From an uncultured Verrucomicrobiota bacterium (GTDB taxonomy: Bacteria > Verrucomicrobiota > Kiritimatiellia > JAAZAB01), in the NCBI GenBank assembly GCA_964650945.1, contig CAZYXU010000003.1:1754-65753 (forward strand): a stretch of DNA of 64,000 bases, read 5' to 3'. Below the pieces are notes generated by a model. That model made no database searches, was not told the DNA's origin, and was given only the letters and a program-made list of their open reading frames with translations. How positions within the stretch are numbered: the stretch's first letter is position 1; each line of letters begins with the position of its first letter. Of the stretch, positions 35,417 through 44,115 are shown in pieces. The position numbers and the translations under genes are program-made.

Positions 35417-37210
35417 TCATGCCCCCTTCAGCCACCCCCGCCCGCAATACCAGCGCGCGGTTTCCACCAGGCCGTCGGCATCGGGATGGCGCGGCTGATA
35501 GCCCAGGCGCTCGCGCAGTTTGGCGGTGTTGAACGAGCGGTCCTTGGTGAAAAACGCCAGCCGGCGCCGGTGGATCGGCGGCTCGATCCCCAACCGCCGG
35601 CAAACCGCCTCGCAGAGATCGGCGGCCCAGAAGAACGGCGCCGCGGGCAGGCGGATCACCCGCAGGTTGCGGCCCAGTGCCCGCGCCACGATCCGCGCCA
35701 TCCGCTCCAGGGTGATGCATTCGGGATTGCCGCAGATGAAGACTTCGCCCAGGGCCGCCGGATGGGTGGCGGCCAGGACGATGACATTGGTCAGGTCGTC
35801 CACATGGATCAGGTGGTAAAGCCCGGGGCTGTGGCCGAGCATGATCATCCACGGCCGCGCCGCCATCCGGAAGAATTTCAGCAGGCGGGTGTCGCCCGGG
35901 CCGTAAATGGCCGCCGGACGGATGACGGTGAAGGGCAGGTTGTTGGCGCGGGCAAAATCAATCAGCCAGGTTTCCGCCTCCGCCTTGGTGCGCTGGTAAA
36001 TGTCGCCGGGATGCATGGGCGTGGTTTCATCCGCCGGGGGATGTTCGATGTGGCCCAGGACGCCCACGGTGGAGACATGGATGAAACGCTGGAAGCCGGG
36101 ATTGCGCAGCGCGGCCCGGGCCAGTAGTTGGGTGCTGGTGACATGCACCCTGGTGTACATTTCATCCTGGTAGCGTGCTTCGCGGAAGGCGGCCGCCACA
36201 TGGAAGATGTAGCTTACATCCCGGGCGGCGGCTTCCACCACCGCCGGATCATAGACGTCGCCGCGGAACCACGTGATGGGCAAGTCGCGGAATTGTTCAA
36301 GATTGGACGAGGCGCGGGCGATGGCCCGTACAGCCAGGCCGGCATTGACCAGCTTGCGGGTCAGCACCGCGCCGGTAAACCCCGTGGCGCCGGTTACGAG
36401 CACGGAGGCGCCCGCGGGTATGGCGCAGGGCGGCGAAGCCTTGCTGAAGAGCGGTGTAAAAACCTTTTCGGCATTCCGCTCCATGTGGAGAATTATCGGG
36501 GAGCCGAAAAGGCGGGTCAAACCGATGCTCCCCGGCAGCCATTCCAGGGCCCGGGAAAGCCCGCGGCATTGCAAAATACGGTGCAGCACCATCGGCCAGA
36601 AAAACTGGCCGGCGCGGCGGCGCGGGCGGAATGCGGCGCGGGCAAAGGCGGCGGCGATTTCCGCGTGGCGGAACAGCCGGAAAGTGCGGGTGTTGCCCTC
36701 CAGCTTGCGCTTGGCGGGAAACAGCCACTCGGCCAGGCAGTTCAGGCTCTGGCTGGTAGGGTAGTCCACCACCGCCGCGGTTTGCGCCACCCGGCATAAT
36801 TCTGCAATCAGCGCCGGCCAGCGCTCCCCGCAATGCATCAGCAGCCGCACGCACACCACCGCCGCGAATTCGCGGTCGGCGAAAGGCAGCGCCAGGGGGT
36901 CGGCCCGCAGAAATTCGCATTGCCCGGCGCGCACGAGTCCGTCTATCCGCCGGCGGCAGGATGGATCGCTGCCGGTAACGGTCACCCGGTATCCCGCCCG
37001 GACGAGCGCCCCGGCCAGTTGGCCGTGGCCGCCGCCCACCTCCAGCACGGCGCTGCCGCGCGGGAGGGAAGCCAGGCATTTTAAGACCAGGCGTTCCTGG
37101 ACCTGGAGCATCCAGGCGCCGCTGGGGCCGGCGAACCGCGCGGCATAGCCGTCCGAGGCGGTTTCAATGTCGGCGTCAAGGCGGGGCGGATTGGTTTGAG
37201 TGGCGTCCAT
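35417..37210 (-). CDS. Bifunctional fusion: class-I SAM-dependent methyltransferase (N-terminal) plus NAD-dependent epimerase/dehydratase SDR (C-terminal)
   Basis: VLEVGGGHGQLAGALVRAGYRVTVTGSDPS (MTase motif I). VLVTGATGFTGAVLTRKL (SDR TGxxGxxG) and YQRTKAEAE (YxxxK catalytic dyad). No stop codon between the two domains. Start ATG at 37210 (MDATQTNPP). The upstream part of the track ORF is rejected. Confidence 0.7.
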   Translation of the reverse strand: MDATQTNPPRLDADIETASDGYAARFAGPSGAWMLQVQERLVLKCLASLPRGSAVLEVGGGHGQLAGALVRAGYRVTVTGSDPSCRRRIDGLVRAGQCEFLRADPLALPFADREFAAVVCVRLLMHCGERWPALIAELCRVAQTAAVVDYPTSQSLNCLAEWLFPAKRKLEGNTRTFRLFRHAEIAAAFARAAFRPRRRAGQFFWPMVLHRILQCRGLSRALEWLPGSIGLTRLFGSPIILHMERNAEKVFTPLFSKASPPCAIPAGASVLVTGATGFTGAVLTRKLVNAGLAVRAIARASSNLEQFRDLPITWFRGDVYDPAVVEAAARDVSYIFHVAAAFREARYQDEMYTRVHVTSTQLLARAALRNPGFQRFIHVSTVGVLGHIEHPPADETTPMHPGDIYQRTKAEAETWLIDFARANNLPFTVIRPAAIYGPGDTRLLKFFRMAARPWMIMLGHSPGLYHLIHVDDLTNVIVLAATHPAALGEVFICGNPECITLERMARIVARALGRNLRVIRLPAAPFFWAADLCEAVCRRLGIEPPIHRRRLAFFTKDRSFNTAKLRERLGYQPRHPDADGLVETARWYCGRGWLKGA

Positions 37211-37215
37211 AAAGG

Positions 37216-38292
37216 TCACAAGGCATCCAGTAACTGGCGCACTTCCGCGGCCAGGTCGCGGGCCGCTTCCCGCCGCATGCGGGCGCGCTGCGCAGCCAGG
37301 ACGGTCTGGCGCAACGGCTCGTCCGTCAGGACGCGGTGCATCAAGGCCGCCAGTTCGGGCGCCGATAAATCCGCGTATAGCACGCCGGCGCCGTCCAGCG
37401 CTTCGGGCATGCCGCCGGCACGGCGCGCCAGCACCGGCACGTCGGCATGCATGGCTTCCAGCAGCGGCAGGCAGTAGCCCTCGTGGGCGCTGGGGCAGAC
37501 ATACAGGTCCGCCACCCGGTAATAGGCCGCCAGGCCGGCGGCGGCGGCAAAGCCTTCGAAGCAGACGTTCGGCAGGTCCAGGTCTCCCGCCAGCATGCGC
37601 AGCATGGTGCAATAGCGCGGAGCGCTGCGGTTGGATCCGACAAGCAACAGGCGGCTGAACGGGTTCAGCGCCTTGTGATACCAGGCGAAGGCCTGGATCA
37701 AATCTTCCACGCGCTTGTTGGGGGCGATCCGGCCCACGAAGAGGATGTTTTTCAGCCGGTTGCGCGGCCCGGAGAATTTCCGCATGATCAACGGCTCCGG
37801 GGCGGCATCCAGGGGGGCGGGGTCGAAAATCAACGGCAACACCCGCACGTTTGCAATGCCCAGCGCCGCCAATTCGGCGGCATTGAACCGGGATACCGTC
37901 CACACCGCCGCCGCGCCGCGCGCCGTTGCCGGCAGCCGCGCGCGCGCCTCCTCCAGGCGCGCGCGGAGGCCGTCGTCATAGCCGTCAAAATAATCGGCCG
38001 GCGTGATGTTGTGGTAAACCAGGATGCGGGCGGCGGGGCTGGCGAGGAAAACCTCCGCCGCCGGCGAGGCGATGCCGTAGTGGTGCAGGCAGATATCCTC
38101 CGGCGCGCCGCGGTATTCCGCCAGCGGCCGGCAATCCGCGCGTAAAGACGGCGAAACGCAGCGCATGTCGGCGTAAATCTCCGCGGGATGGCCCCCGTCC
38201 CGGAAAATCCTGCGCAGACAGACGGCCATGTGCGAAATGGCGTCGCCATCGGCATACCCGGCCAGTAACTGGTCAATGCGTTTTTTTTGCAT
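37216..38292 (-). CDS. GT4-family (glycosyl transferase group 1) glycosyltransferase
   Basis: EGYCLPLLEAMHADVPVLA (EX7E motif) and a C-terminal GT-B Rossmann domain. Its stop is 3 nt from the next gene's start. Confidence 0.75.
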   Translation of the reverse strand: MQKKRIDQLLAGYADGDAISHMAVCLRRIFRDGGHPAEIYADMRCVSPSLRADCRPLAEYRGAPEDICLHHYGIASPAAEVFLASPAARILVYHNITPADYFDGYDDGLRARLEEARARLPATARGAAAVWTVSRFNAAELAALGIANVRVLPLIFDPAPLDAAPEPLIMRKFSGPRNRLKNILFVGRIAPNKRVEDLIQAFAWYHKALNPFSRLLLVGSNRSAPRYCTMLRMLAGDLDLPNVCFEGFAAAAGLAAYYRVADLYVCPSAHEGYCLPLLEAMHADVPVLARRAGGMPEALDGAGVLYADLSAPELAALMHRVLTDEPLRQTVLAAQRARMRREAARDLAAEVRQLLDAL

Positions 38293-38315
38293 GTTATGTT
38301 GTTTGACGCTTTGAA

Positions 38316-38759
38316 CTAACGCCGGTCCGCTGCCAGGCGCTGTTCCAGTTTTTCCACCCGCGCGCGCAACTCGTCCGTCTCCCGGCAACGCAACTGCCAT
38401 TCGTTTTCCAGCGCCTGGGTGAACAGGCCGTTGATCAGGTTCTGTCGGAACGCGATCCGGTCGTGCTGGTAGCGCAGCAGCTTCCAGAGCAGGCGTTTGA
38501 CGCGCTGTAAACACCCGCCGGCCGCGCCCGGCCGGCGGGGGATTTCAAAATCCAGCGTATCCACGGCGTCCCGGTAGCGCAGCAGCCGCAGAAAATTCGC
38601 GTGGTACCCGGCGTCGGAGTCCGCGCCGGCCAGGGCCGGCGCGCCGATTTCCGGGGAAACCGCGCTGGGTTGCCGGCGGCTGCGCCGCAGGCAGTCAGCC
38701 GCCTGGCGCACCTGTTCCGCCAGGTCCGGGCGGTCCTGTCCGGCAACGCTGATAGCCAT
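38316..38759 (-). CDS. Hypothetical protein, helical / coiled-coil
   Basis: GGGAGG RBS 10 nt before ATG 38759. Its start lies 2 nt after the stop of the DUF368 gene. Confidence 0.45.
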   Translation of the reverse strand: MAISVAGQDRPDLAEQVRQAADCLRRSRRQPSAVSPEIGAPALAGADSDAGYHANFLRLLRYRDAVDTLDFEIPRRPGAAGGCLQRVKRLLWKLLRYQHDRIAFRQNLINGLFTQALENEWQLRCRETDELRARVEKLEQRLAADRR

Positions 38760-38761
38760 GT

Positions 38762-39736
38762 TCAATGCCTCCCGATGCGGGCGCATAAACGCACAAACGG
38801 ATTCTTGCGCGTTTGCGCATGATCCAGGGCGCTGATGAGGATGAAGCCCAGCAGGCAGAGCGCGAGCGCCTCCCAGAAGACGGCGCCCGTAAAATCCGGC
38901 ATGACGTTGATTTCACGGATGGGGACGGCCTGCCCGTGCCGGTCAACGATGGTTTCGAGCACTTCCTTGAACGGCCAGATTTTACGCAGCGAGCCCAGCA
39001 TGAATCCCGTCAACAGCGCGATCGTGGCCTGGTGGTAATGGCGCAGGAGCCAGCTCAGGAAGCGGACGAACCCGATGATGCCCGCCGCGATGCCCGCCGC
39101 CACCGGCAACAATCCCAGGATGTCCAGGGTTTTGATCTGCTCCAGGACGTAATTGTATTGCCCCATGATCAGCAGGATGAACGAGCCGGAAATGCCGGGC
39201 AGGATCATCGCGATCACCGCCACCACGCCGCTGGCGAATAAAATCAAGGGGGTATGCGGCATTTCCCGCGGCACCATCCCGATCAAGATCCAGGCCAGGA
39301 CCGTGCCCAGCAGGAGCGCTGCAAGCGTGCCGACCCCCCAGCGCAGTTCGACGCTGATGGAAACGATGGAGGCCAGGATCAGGCCGAAGAAAAAAGCATA
39401 CAACAAGACGGTTTGATACGTCAGCAGCCAACTGATCAGGCCGGCCAGGGCAAAGATTGCCAGCGCCAGGCCGGCGCCCAGCGGCAGCAGGAACCGCCAG
39501 GGCACATGGTCGAGCGCCGCGCGGAACCGGCCGCGCAACAGTAATTGCGCCAAACGCAGGTCGAAAGTCTTGATGGCATCGAGCAATTCCTCGTAAATGC
39601 CCATGATGAACGCCATTGTGCCGCCGGAGACGCCCGGGATGACATTGGCCGCGCCGGTCACCAGGCCGGCAAAAACCAGGTAAGCGTAATTTTTCCAGGT
39701 CCGCGCGCGTTTCCGTTCCGGTTCCAACTGGCTCAT
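38762..39736 (-). CDS. DUF368-family membrane protein (PopT-type candidate undecaprenyl-phosphate translocase)
   Basis: Internally duplicated signature IPGVSGGTMAF … LPGISGSFILL within ~8 TM helices, the hallmark of DUF368. Confidence 0.75.
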   Translation of the reverse strand: MSQLEPERKRARTWKNYAYLVFAGLVTGAANVIPGVSGGTMAFIMGIYEELLDAIKTFDLRLAQLLLRGRFRAALDHVPWRFLLPLGAGLALAIFALAGLISWLLTYQTVLLYAFFFGLILASIVSISVELRWGVGTLAALLLGTVLAWILIGMVPREMPHTPLILFASGVVAVIAMILPGISGSFILLIMGQYNYVLEQIKTLDILGLLPVAAGIAAGIIGFVRFLSWLLRHYHQATIALLTGFMLGSLRKIWPFKEVLETIVDRHGQAVPIREINVMPDFTGAVFWEALALCLLGFILISALDHAQTRKNPFVRLCARIGRH

Positions 39737-40054
39737 AATGTATAATTCATCCTTTTAATGTTTTCAACATGCCGGCGGCAGTTTATAATGTCTTCCATGC
39801 AAACGCAAAACAAAATCATCGGCCGGCCCCGCCGGCCACGGCTGCGTCATGCTTGCGGCTCACCAGGGACGGTTCGCCCCACCAAAGGCAAATATGGCCA
39901 AAATGGTGGGGCGAGGCGCCCCGGCCGAGCCGTCTTTTCCGAGTTTGACGCAGCCCTGCCGCGCCGGCCGGCGGCGTGCCATGCCGCGCGTCTCTACACC
40001 GCCCCGACCACGGCGCTCCTGTGCCAGACATTGCTGGCGGCGGAAAACACCGCC

Positions 40055-40825
40055 GTGACCCTGCCGTCCAAGGGCGCGCGCTGGGCGCGCCTGACGGTGT
40101 TTTGCCCGTCGCCCGCGGCGGCGCGCCGGCTGGCGGCCCGGCTGCGCGGCTGGCTGGACGGCCTGCCGGGACCGGCCGGGCGCGTGCAGTGCGTCCGCCT
40201 GCCGGCGGCCGATTGGCGGGAAAACTGGAAACGCTTTTTTCCGGCGCGCCGGGTGTCGCCGCGGCTGGTGGTCCGGCCGCCCTGGCGCAGTTTTCCGGCG
40301 CGGCCGGGCGATTGTGTGATCGAATTGAATCCGGGCTTGAGTTTCGGCACCGGCCTGCATCCCACGACGCGCGGCTGTCTGCGCCTGCTGGACGAATTTG
40401 ACGCCGCCGCGCCGGGCGGCTCTTTTCTGGATATCGGCTGCGGATCGGGCATCCTGGCGATTGCCGCCGCGCGCCTGGGTTGCCGGCCGGTGCTGGCGCT
40501 GGATCATGACCCGCAGGCCGTGCGCGCCGCCCGGCAAAACCGCCAGGCCAACGGGCTGGACCGCCGGATTGTCATCCGGCGGGCCGATGTCCGGCGGTTG
40601 GACAACTTCCCGGCCTGCGATCTGGTGGCCGCCAACCTGCTGGCGGGATTGCTGATTGAAGCCGCCCCGCAAATCAGCCGCCTGGCGGCGCGGCATTTGA
40701 TTGTTGCCGGGATTTTACGCCCGCAATACGCCGCGGTGCGCCGCGCCTACCAGCGGCAGGGATTCCGCGAAATCCGCGCCATCCCCGATGGCGAATGGCA
40801 GACCGGCGGATTCGTCCGCCGGTAG
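40055..40825 (+). CDS. prmA: Ribosomal protein L11 methyltransferase PrmA (short, Thermus-like form)
   Basis: DWRENWKRFF (the conserved W-x-x-x-W motif), ELNPGLSFGTGLHPTTRGCL and FLDIGCGSGILAIAA (SAM motif I). The start is uncertain. GTG 40055 gives 256 aa. The track ORF from 39758 begins with an Arg-rich, non-coding-like N-terminus. Confidence 0.65.
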   Translation: MTLPSKGARWARLTVFCPSPAAARRLAARLRGWLDGLPGPAGRVQCVRLPAADWRENWKRFFPARRVSPRLVVRPPWRSFPARPGDCVIELNPGLSFGTGLHPTTRGCLRLLDEFDAAAPGGSFLDIGCGSGILAIAAARLGCRPVLALDHDPQAVRAARQNRQANGLDRRIVIRRADVRRLDNFPACDLVAANLLAGLLIEAAPQISRLAARHLIVAGILRPQYAAVRRAYQRQGFREIRAIPDGEWQTGGFVRR

Positions 40826-40849
40826 GGGAAATTTGTTTTGCGCCAGGCC

Positions 40850-41160
40850 GGCAAAAATGACATAATTACCGAACCCCGAACCACCGAACCACTGAACCCC
40901 GAACCACCGAACCACTGAACCCCGAACCACCGAACCACTGAACCCCGAACCACCGAACCACTGAACCCTGAACCACGAACCACTGAACCCTGAACCCTGA
41001 ACCCCGAACCCCGAACACCGAACCCCGAACCCCGAACCACCGAACCCCGAACCACTGAACCACCGAACCCCTAAAACCGAACCCCGAACACCGAACACTG
41101 AACACCGAACACTGAACCCCGAACACTGAACCCCGAACCCCGAACCACCGAACACTGAAC
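40850..41160. repeat. ~310-bp degenerate microsatellite of ~39 tandem CYGAACM(C) heptamer/octamer units (VNTR-like)
   Basis: Read directly: ccgaaccccgaaccaccgaaccactgaaccccgaacc…gaacactgaacacg. Same unit as the TIR heptamers of the 8800–9111 element. It lies between prmA and mlaE. Confidence 0.9.
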
Positions 41161-41188
41161 ACGTTGTCGAGAGATTGGATTAAGACGC

Positions 41189-42331
41189 ATGCCTGCATCA
41201 GGGCCCAATCCGGATATGATTGACTGCCGGCGCATGCCGGACGGGACGCTGGCGGTGCGGCTCGCCGGCCCTTGGTTATGCGCGGCCGGCCTGCCGGCCG
41301 TCGAACCCGTCCGCCGGGCGCTGGCGGCGGGCGGCGCGCGGCGGGTGGTTTTGGATGGCGCGGCCATCGCCAGGTGGGATAGCGCCCTGCTGGTTTTTAC
41401 GCGCGCGGTGATCGGGCTCGGCCGGATGGCGGGCGCGCCCGTGGAAATCCAAAATATGCCCCGGGGCGCCGCGGAACTGCTGCGCCTCGCGGAGGCCGTG
41501 CCCGCCGGCGCCGGCTTGCGCCCGGGGCCGGAACGCGTTGCCTGGCTGGCGCGGGTGGGGCAATCGGCCGTCCGGTTTTGGACTGACAGCCGGGCGACCC
41601 TGGCCTTTCTGGGCGAATCGGTGATGGTTTTTGGACGGCTGCTGCGCGGGCGCATCCGGTGGCGGCGCCGGGATTTCTGGGTGGTGGTCCAGGATTGCGG
41701 GCCGGCGGCGCTGCCGATTGTCACGGTCATCAGCCTGCTGGTCGGCACCATCCTGGCTTTCCTGGGCGCGCTGCAACTCAAGCTGTTTGGCGCCGAAATT
41801 TACATCGCCGACCTGGTGGGCGTGGGCATGGTGCGCGAAATGGGCTCGCTGATGACGGGCATCATCATGGCCGGCCGCACCGGGGCCGCCTTTGCCGCGC
41901 ATCTGGGCACGATGCAGGTCAACGAGGAGATTGACGCGCTGCGGACCATGGGGTTTGATCCGATGGAATTTCTGGTGCTGCCGCGGGAATTGGCGCTGAT
42001 CCTGATGATGCCGCTGCTGGCGACTTACGCGAATTTCGTCGGCATCCTCGGCGGGGCGCTGGCGGGGGTGCTGCTGTTTGACCTGACTTTTGCGCAGTAT
42101 TACACGCAGACGGTTAACGCCGTGACCATCCCGGCCGTGGCGTCGGGCGTGATCAAGAGCTCCGTCTATGGCGTCCTGATCGCCTTTTCAGGCTGCATGC
42201 AAGGCATGTTTTGCGGCCGCAGCGCCTCCGCCGTGGGCGCGGCGACGACGGCGGCGGTGGTCAATGCGATCGTTTACATCATTGTGGCCGACGCGGTGAT
42301 TTCCGTGATCTACACCCTGGTGGGATTTTAA
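41189..42331 (+). CDS. mlaE: MlaE-family ABC transporter permease with an N-terminal STAS (anti-sigma-antagonist-like) domain
   Basis: The N-terminal ~110 aa is STAS-like (VVLDGAAIARWDSALLVF). The C-terminal has MlaE/YrbE permease TM helices and the EIDALRTMG motif. Confidence 0.8.
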   Translation: MPASGPNPDMIDCRRMPDGTLAVRLAGPWLCAAGLPAVEPVRRALAAGGARRVVLDGAAIARWDSALLVFTRAVIGLGRMAGAPVEIQNMPRGAAELLRLAEAVPAGAGLRPGPERVAWLARVGQSAVRFWTDSRATLAFLGESVMVFGRLLRGRIRWRRRDFWVVVQDCGPAALPIVTVISLLVGTILAFLGALQLKLFGAEIYIADLVGVGMVREMGSLMTGIIMAGRTGAAFAAHLGTMQVNEEIDALRTMGFDPMEFLVLPRELALILMMPLLATYANFVGILGGALAGVLLFDLTFAQYYTQTVNAVTIPAVASGVIKSSVYGVLIAFSGCMQGMFCGRSASAVGAATTAAVVNAIVYIIVADAVISVIYTLVGF

Positions 42332-42332
42332 C

Positions 42333-43091
42333 ATGGGCGACGCCGGCATTCAGATTGAAGTGCAGGGGCTGACGATGGCCTACGGCAGCCGGGTAATCCA
42401 GCGCGGCATGGATTTCACCGTCAAGCGGGGCGAGGTGTTCGTGGTCATGGGCGGCAGCGGCTGCGGCAAAAGCACCCTGCTGCGCCATATGGTGGGATTG
42501 CAGCCGCCGGCCGCCGGCCGGATTTTATACGACGGCGCCAGTTTCTGGGATGCGGATGAAGCGCAGCGCAGCGCCATCCTGCGCCGGATCGGCATCCTCT
42601 ACCAGGGCGGCGCGTTGTGGAGTTCGCTGACCCTGGCCGAGAATATCGCCGTGCCGCTGGAAGCCTATACCCGGCTGACCCCGGCGCAAATCCGCGAACT
42701 CGCCGCGTACAAACTGGCGCTGGTGGGGCTGGCCGGATTTGAAGATTATTACCCGTCGGAAATCAGCGGCGGCATGCGCAAACGCGCCGGCCTGGCGCGC
42801 GCCATGGCCCTGGACCCCGAAATCCTGTTTTGCGACGAGCCTTCGGCCGGGCTCGACCCGGTCAGCGCGCGGCTGCTGGACGATCTGATCCTGGAGTTGC
42901 GCGCGAGCCTGGGCGCGACCTTCGTGGTGGTGACGCACGAACTGGCCAGCATTTTCGCCATCGGCGGCGACGGCGTATTTTTGGACGCGGAGACCATGTC
43001 AATCATCGCCCGGGGCGCGCCGCGCGTCCTGCTGGATTCCTGCCCGGAAGCCAAGGTGCAGAAATTCCTGCGCCGGGGACCGGCGGCGTGA
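42333..43091 (+). CDS. mlaF: MlaF-type ABC transporter ATP-binding protein
   Basis: Walker A GGSGCGKST, ABC signature ISGGMRKRAGLARAMA, and Walker B ILFCDEPSAGLD. Confidence 0.85.
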   Translation: MGDAGIQIEVQGLTMAYGSRVIQRGMDFTVKRGEVFVVMGGSGCGKSTLLRHMVGLQPPAAGRILYDGASFWDADEAQRSAILRRIGILYQGGALWSSLTLAENIAVPLEAYTRLTPAQIRELAAYKLALVGLAGFEDYYPSEISGGMRKRAGLARAMALDPEILFCDEPSAGLDPVSARLLDDLILELRASLGATFVVVTHELASIFAIGGDGVFLDAETMSIIARGAPRVLLDSCPEAKVQKFLRRGPAA

Positions 43092-43119
43092 GCGGGCTGC
43101 ATTTCAAGGAGCGCACAAT

Positions 43120-44073
43120 ATGATCAAGCAACCCAACCCGGCCCTTATCGGCGCTTTTGTGCTGGGGGCGGCGGCGCTGGCGGTCATCGGGCTGCTGCTT
43201 TTCGGCGGCGGCCGGTTTTTCGACCAGACGTTCGATTGCGTCATGTATTTCGACGAAACCATTGACGGCCTGGAGGCCGGCGCGCCGGTGGATTTTCAGG
43301 GCGTGCGCATCGGCACGGTCAAGGAAGTGCGGCTGGTCTTCGACCTCGGCCGGGAAAGCCGGGTGAACCGCCCCGTGATCATGCGCATCGAGAATAGCCG
43401 GATCACCACCACCGGCGACCGCCAGGGGTTGCCGGCGGAAGCGGTGCTGGAACACCTGGTGCGGGAATCCGGGCTGCGCGCGCAACTGGCCATGCAAAGC
43501 ATCCTGACCGGCAAATTGAAGGTCGAACTGGGGTTTCATCCCGGCACGCCCGTGGCGCGGAAGGCCTTGCATCCCTCCGTCTGGGAGATGCCGACGATCG
43601 TGTCGCCGCTGCAGCGCCTCAGCGATGAAGTGGCGCGGATGCCGCTGGCCGACATCGTTTCCGAGACCCACAAGATCATCAAGGGCCTGGCCGAGATTGT
43701 CAACTCGACGGATACCCGGAATACCATGCGCAATCTTAACGACACCCTGGCCAAGCTGCAAACCGTGCTCGGCCGGATGGATGATGAAATCGGGCCGCTG
43801 TTCCAGAAATCCGGCGGCGCCATGGATGCGGCCGGCGCCTCGTTGCGCTCCATGCAGACGGTGCTGGGCAAGCTGGAACAGCAGCTTGATCCGTTGTTGC
43901 AGTCGCTGCAGGCCTCCGCGGACAATGCCAACCGCCTGCTGGACGACCAGTCGCCGTGGCGGTATGAAATGCAGCGCCTGGCCAGGGAATTGTCCGAGAC
44001 CAGCCGGTCGGTGCGCTGGCTGGCCGACTACCTGGAACGGCATCCCGAGGCTTTGTTGCGCGGCAAGCATTAA
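43120..44073 (+). CDS. mlaD: MlaD/MCE-domain protein
   Basis: N-terminal TM, then MCE domain (GLEAGAPVDFQGVRIGTVKEVRL), then a long C-terminal helical region. Confidence 0.8.
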   Translation: MIKQPNPALIGAFVLGAAALAVIGLLLFGGGRFFDQTFDCVMYFDETIDGLEAGAPVDFQGVRIGTVKEVRLVFDLGRESRVNRPVIMRIENSRITTTGDRQGLPAEAVLEHLVRESGLRAQLAMQSILTGKLKVELGFHPGTPVARKALHPSVWEMPTIVSPLQRLSDEVARMPLADIVSETHKIIKGLAEIVNSTDTRNTMRNLNDTLAKLQTVLGRMDDEIGPLFQKSGGAMDAAGASLRSMQTVLGKLEQQLDPLLQSLQASADNANRLLDDQSPWRYEMQRLARELSETSRSVRWLADYLERHPEALLRGKH

Positions 44074-44115
44074 AACCAATGCCGGATTAGATCGAACTGA
44101 CGATGGGAGGAGTAT

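Noticed and set aside
39758-40054. Long N-terminal extension of PrmA suggested by the ORF track (start at 39758)
   Set aside because: The first ~95 residues are Arg/Pro-rich and non-coding-like. The PrmA W-x-x-x-W motif position fits a short Thermus-like N-terminus starting near GTG 40055 (or TTG 40031). The exact start remains uncertain.
40850-41160. Possible CRISPR array
   Set aside because: The repeat unit is only 7–8 nt with no unique spacers of 25–40 nt and no cas genes. It is a microsatellite, not a CRISPR locus.
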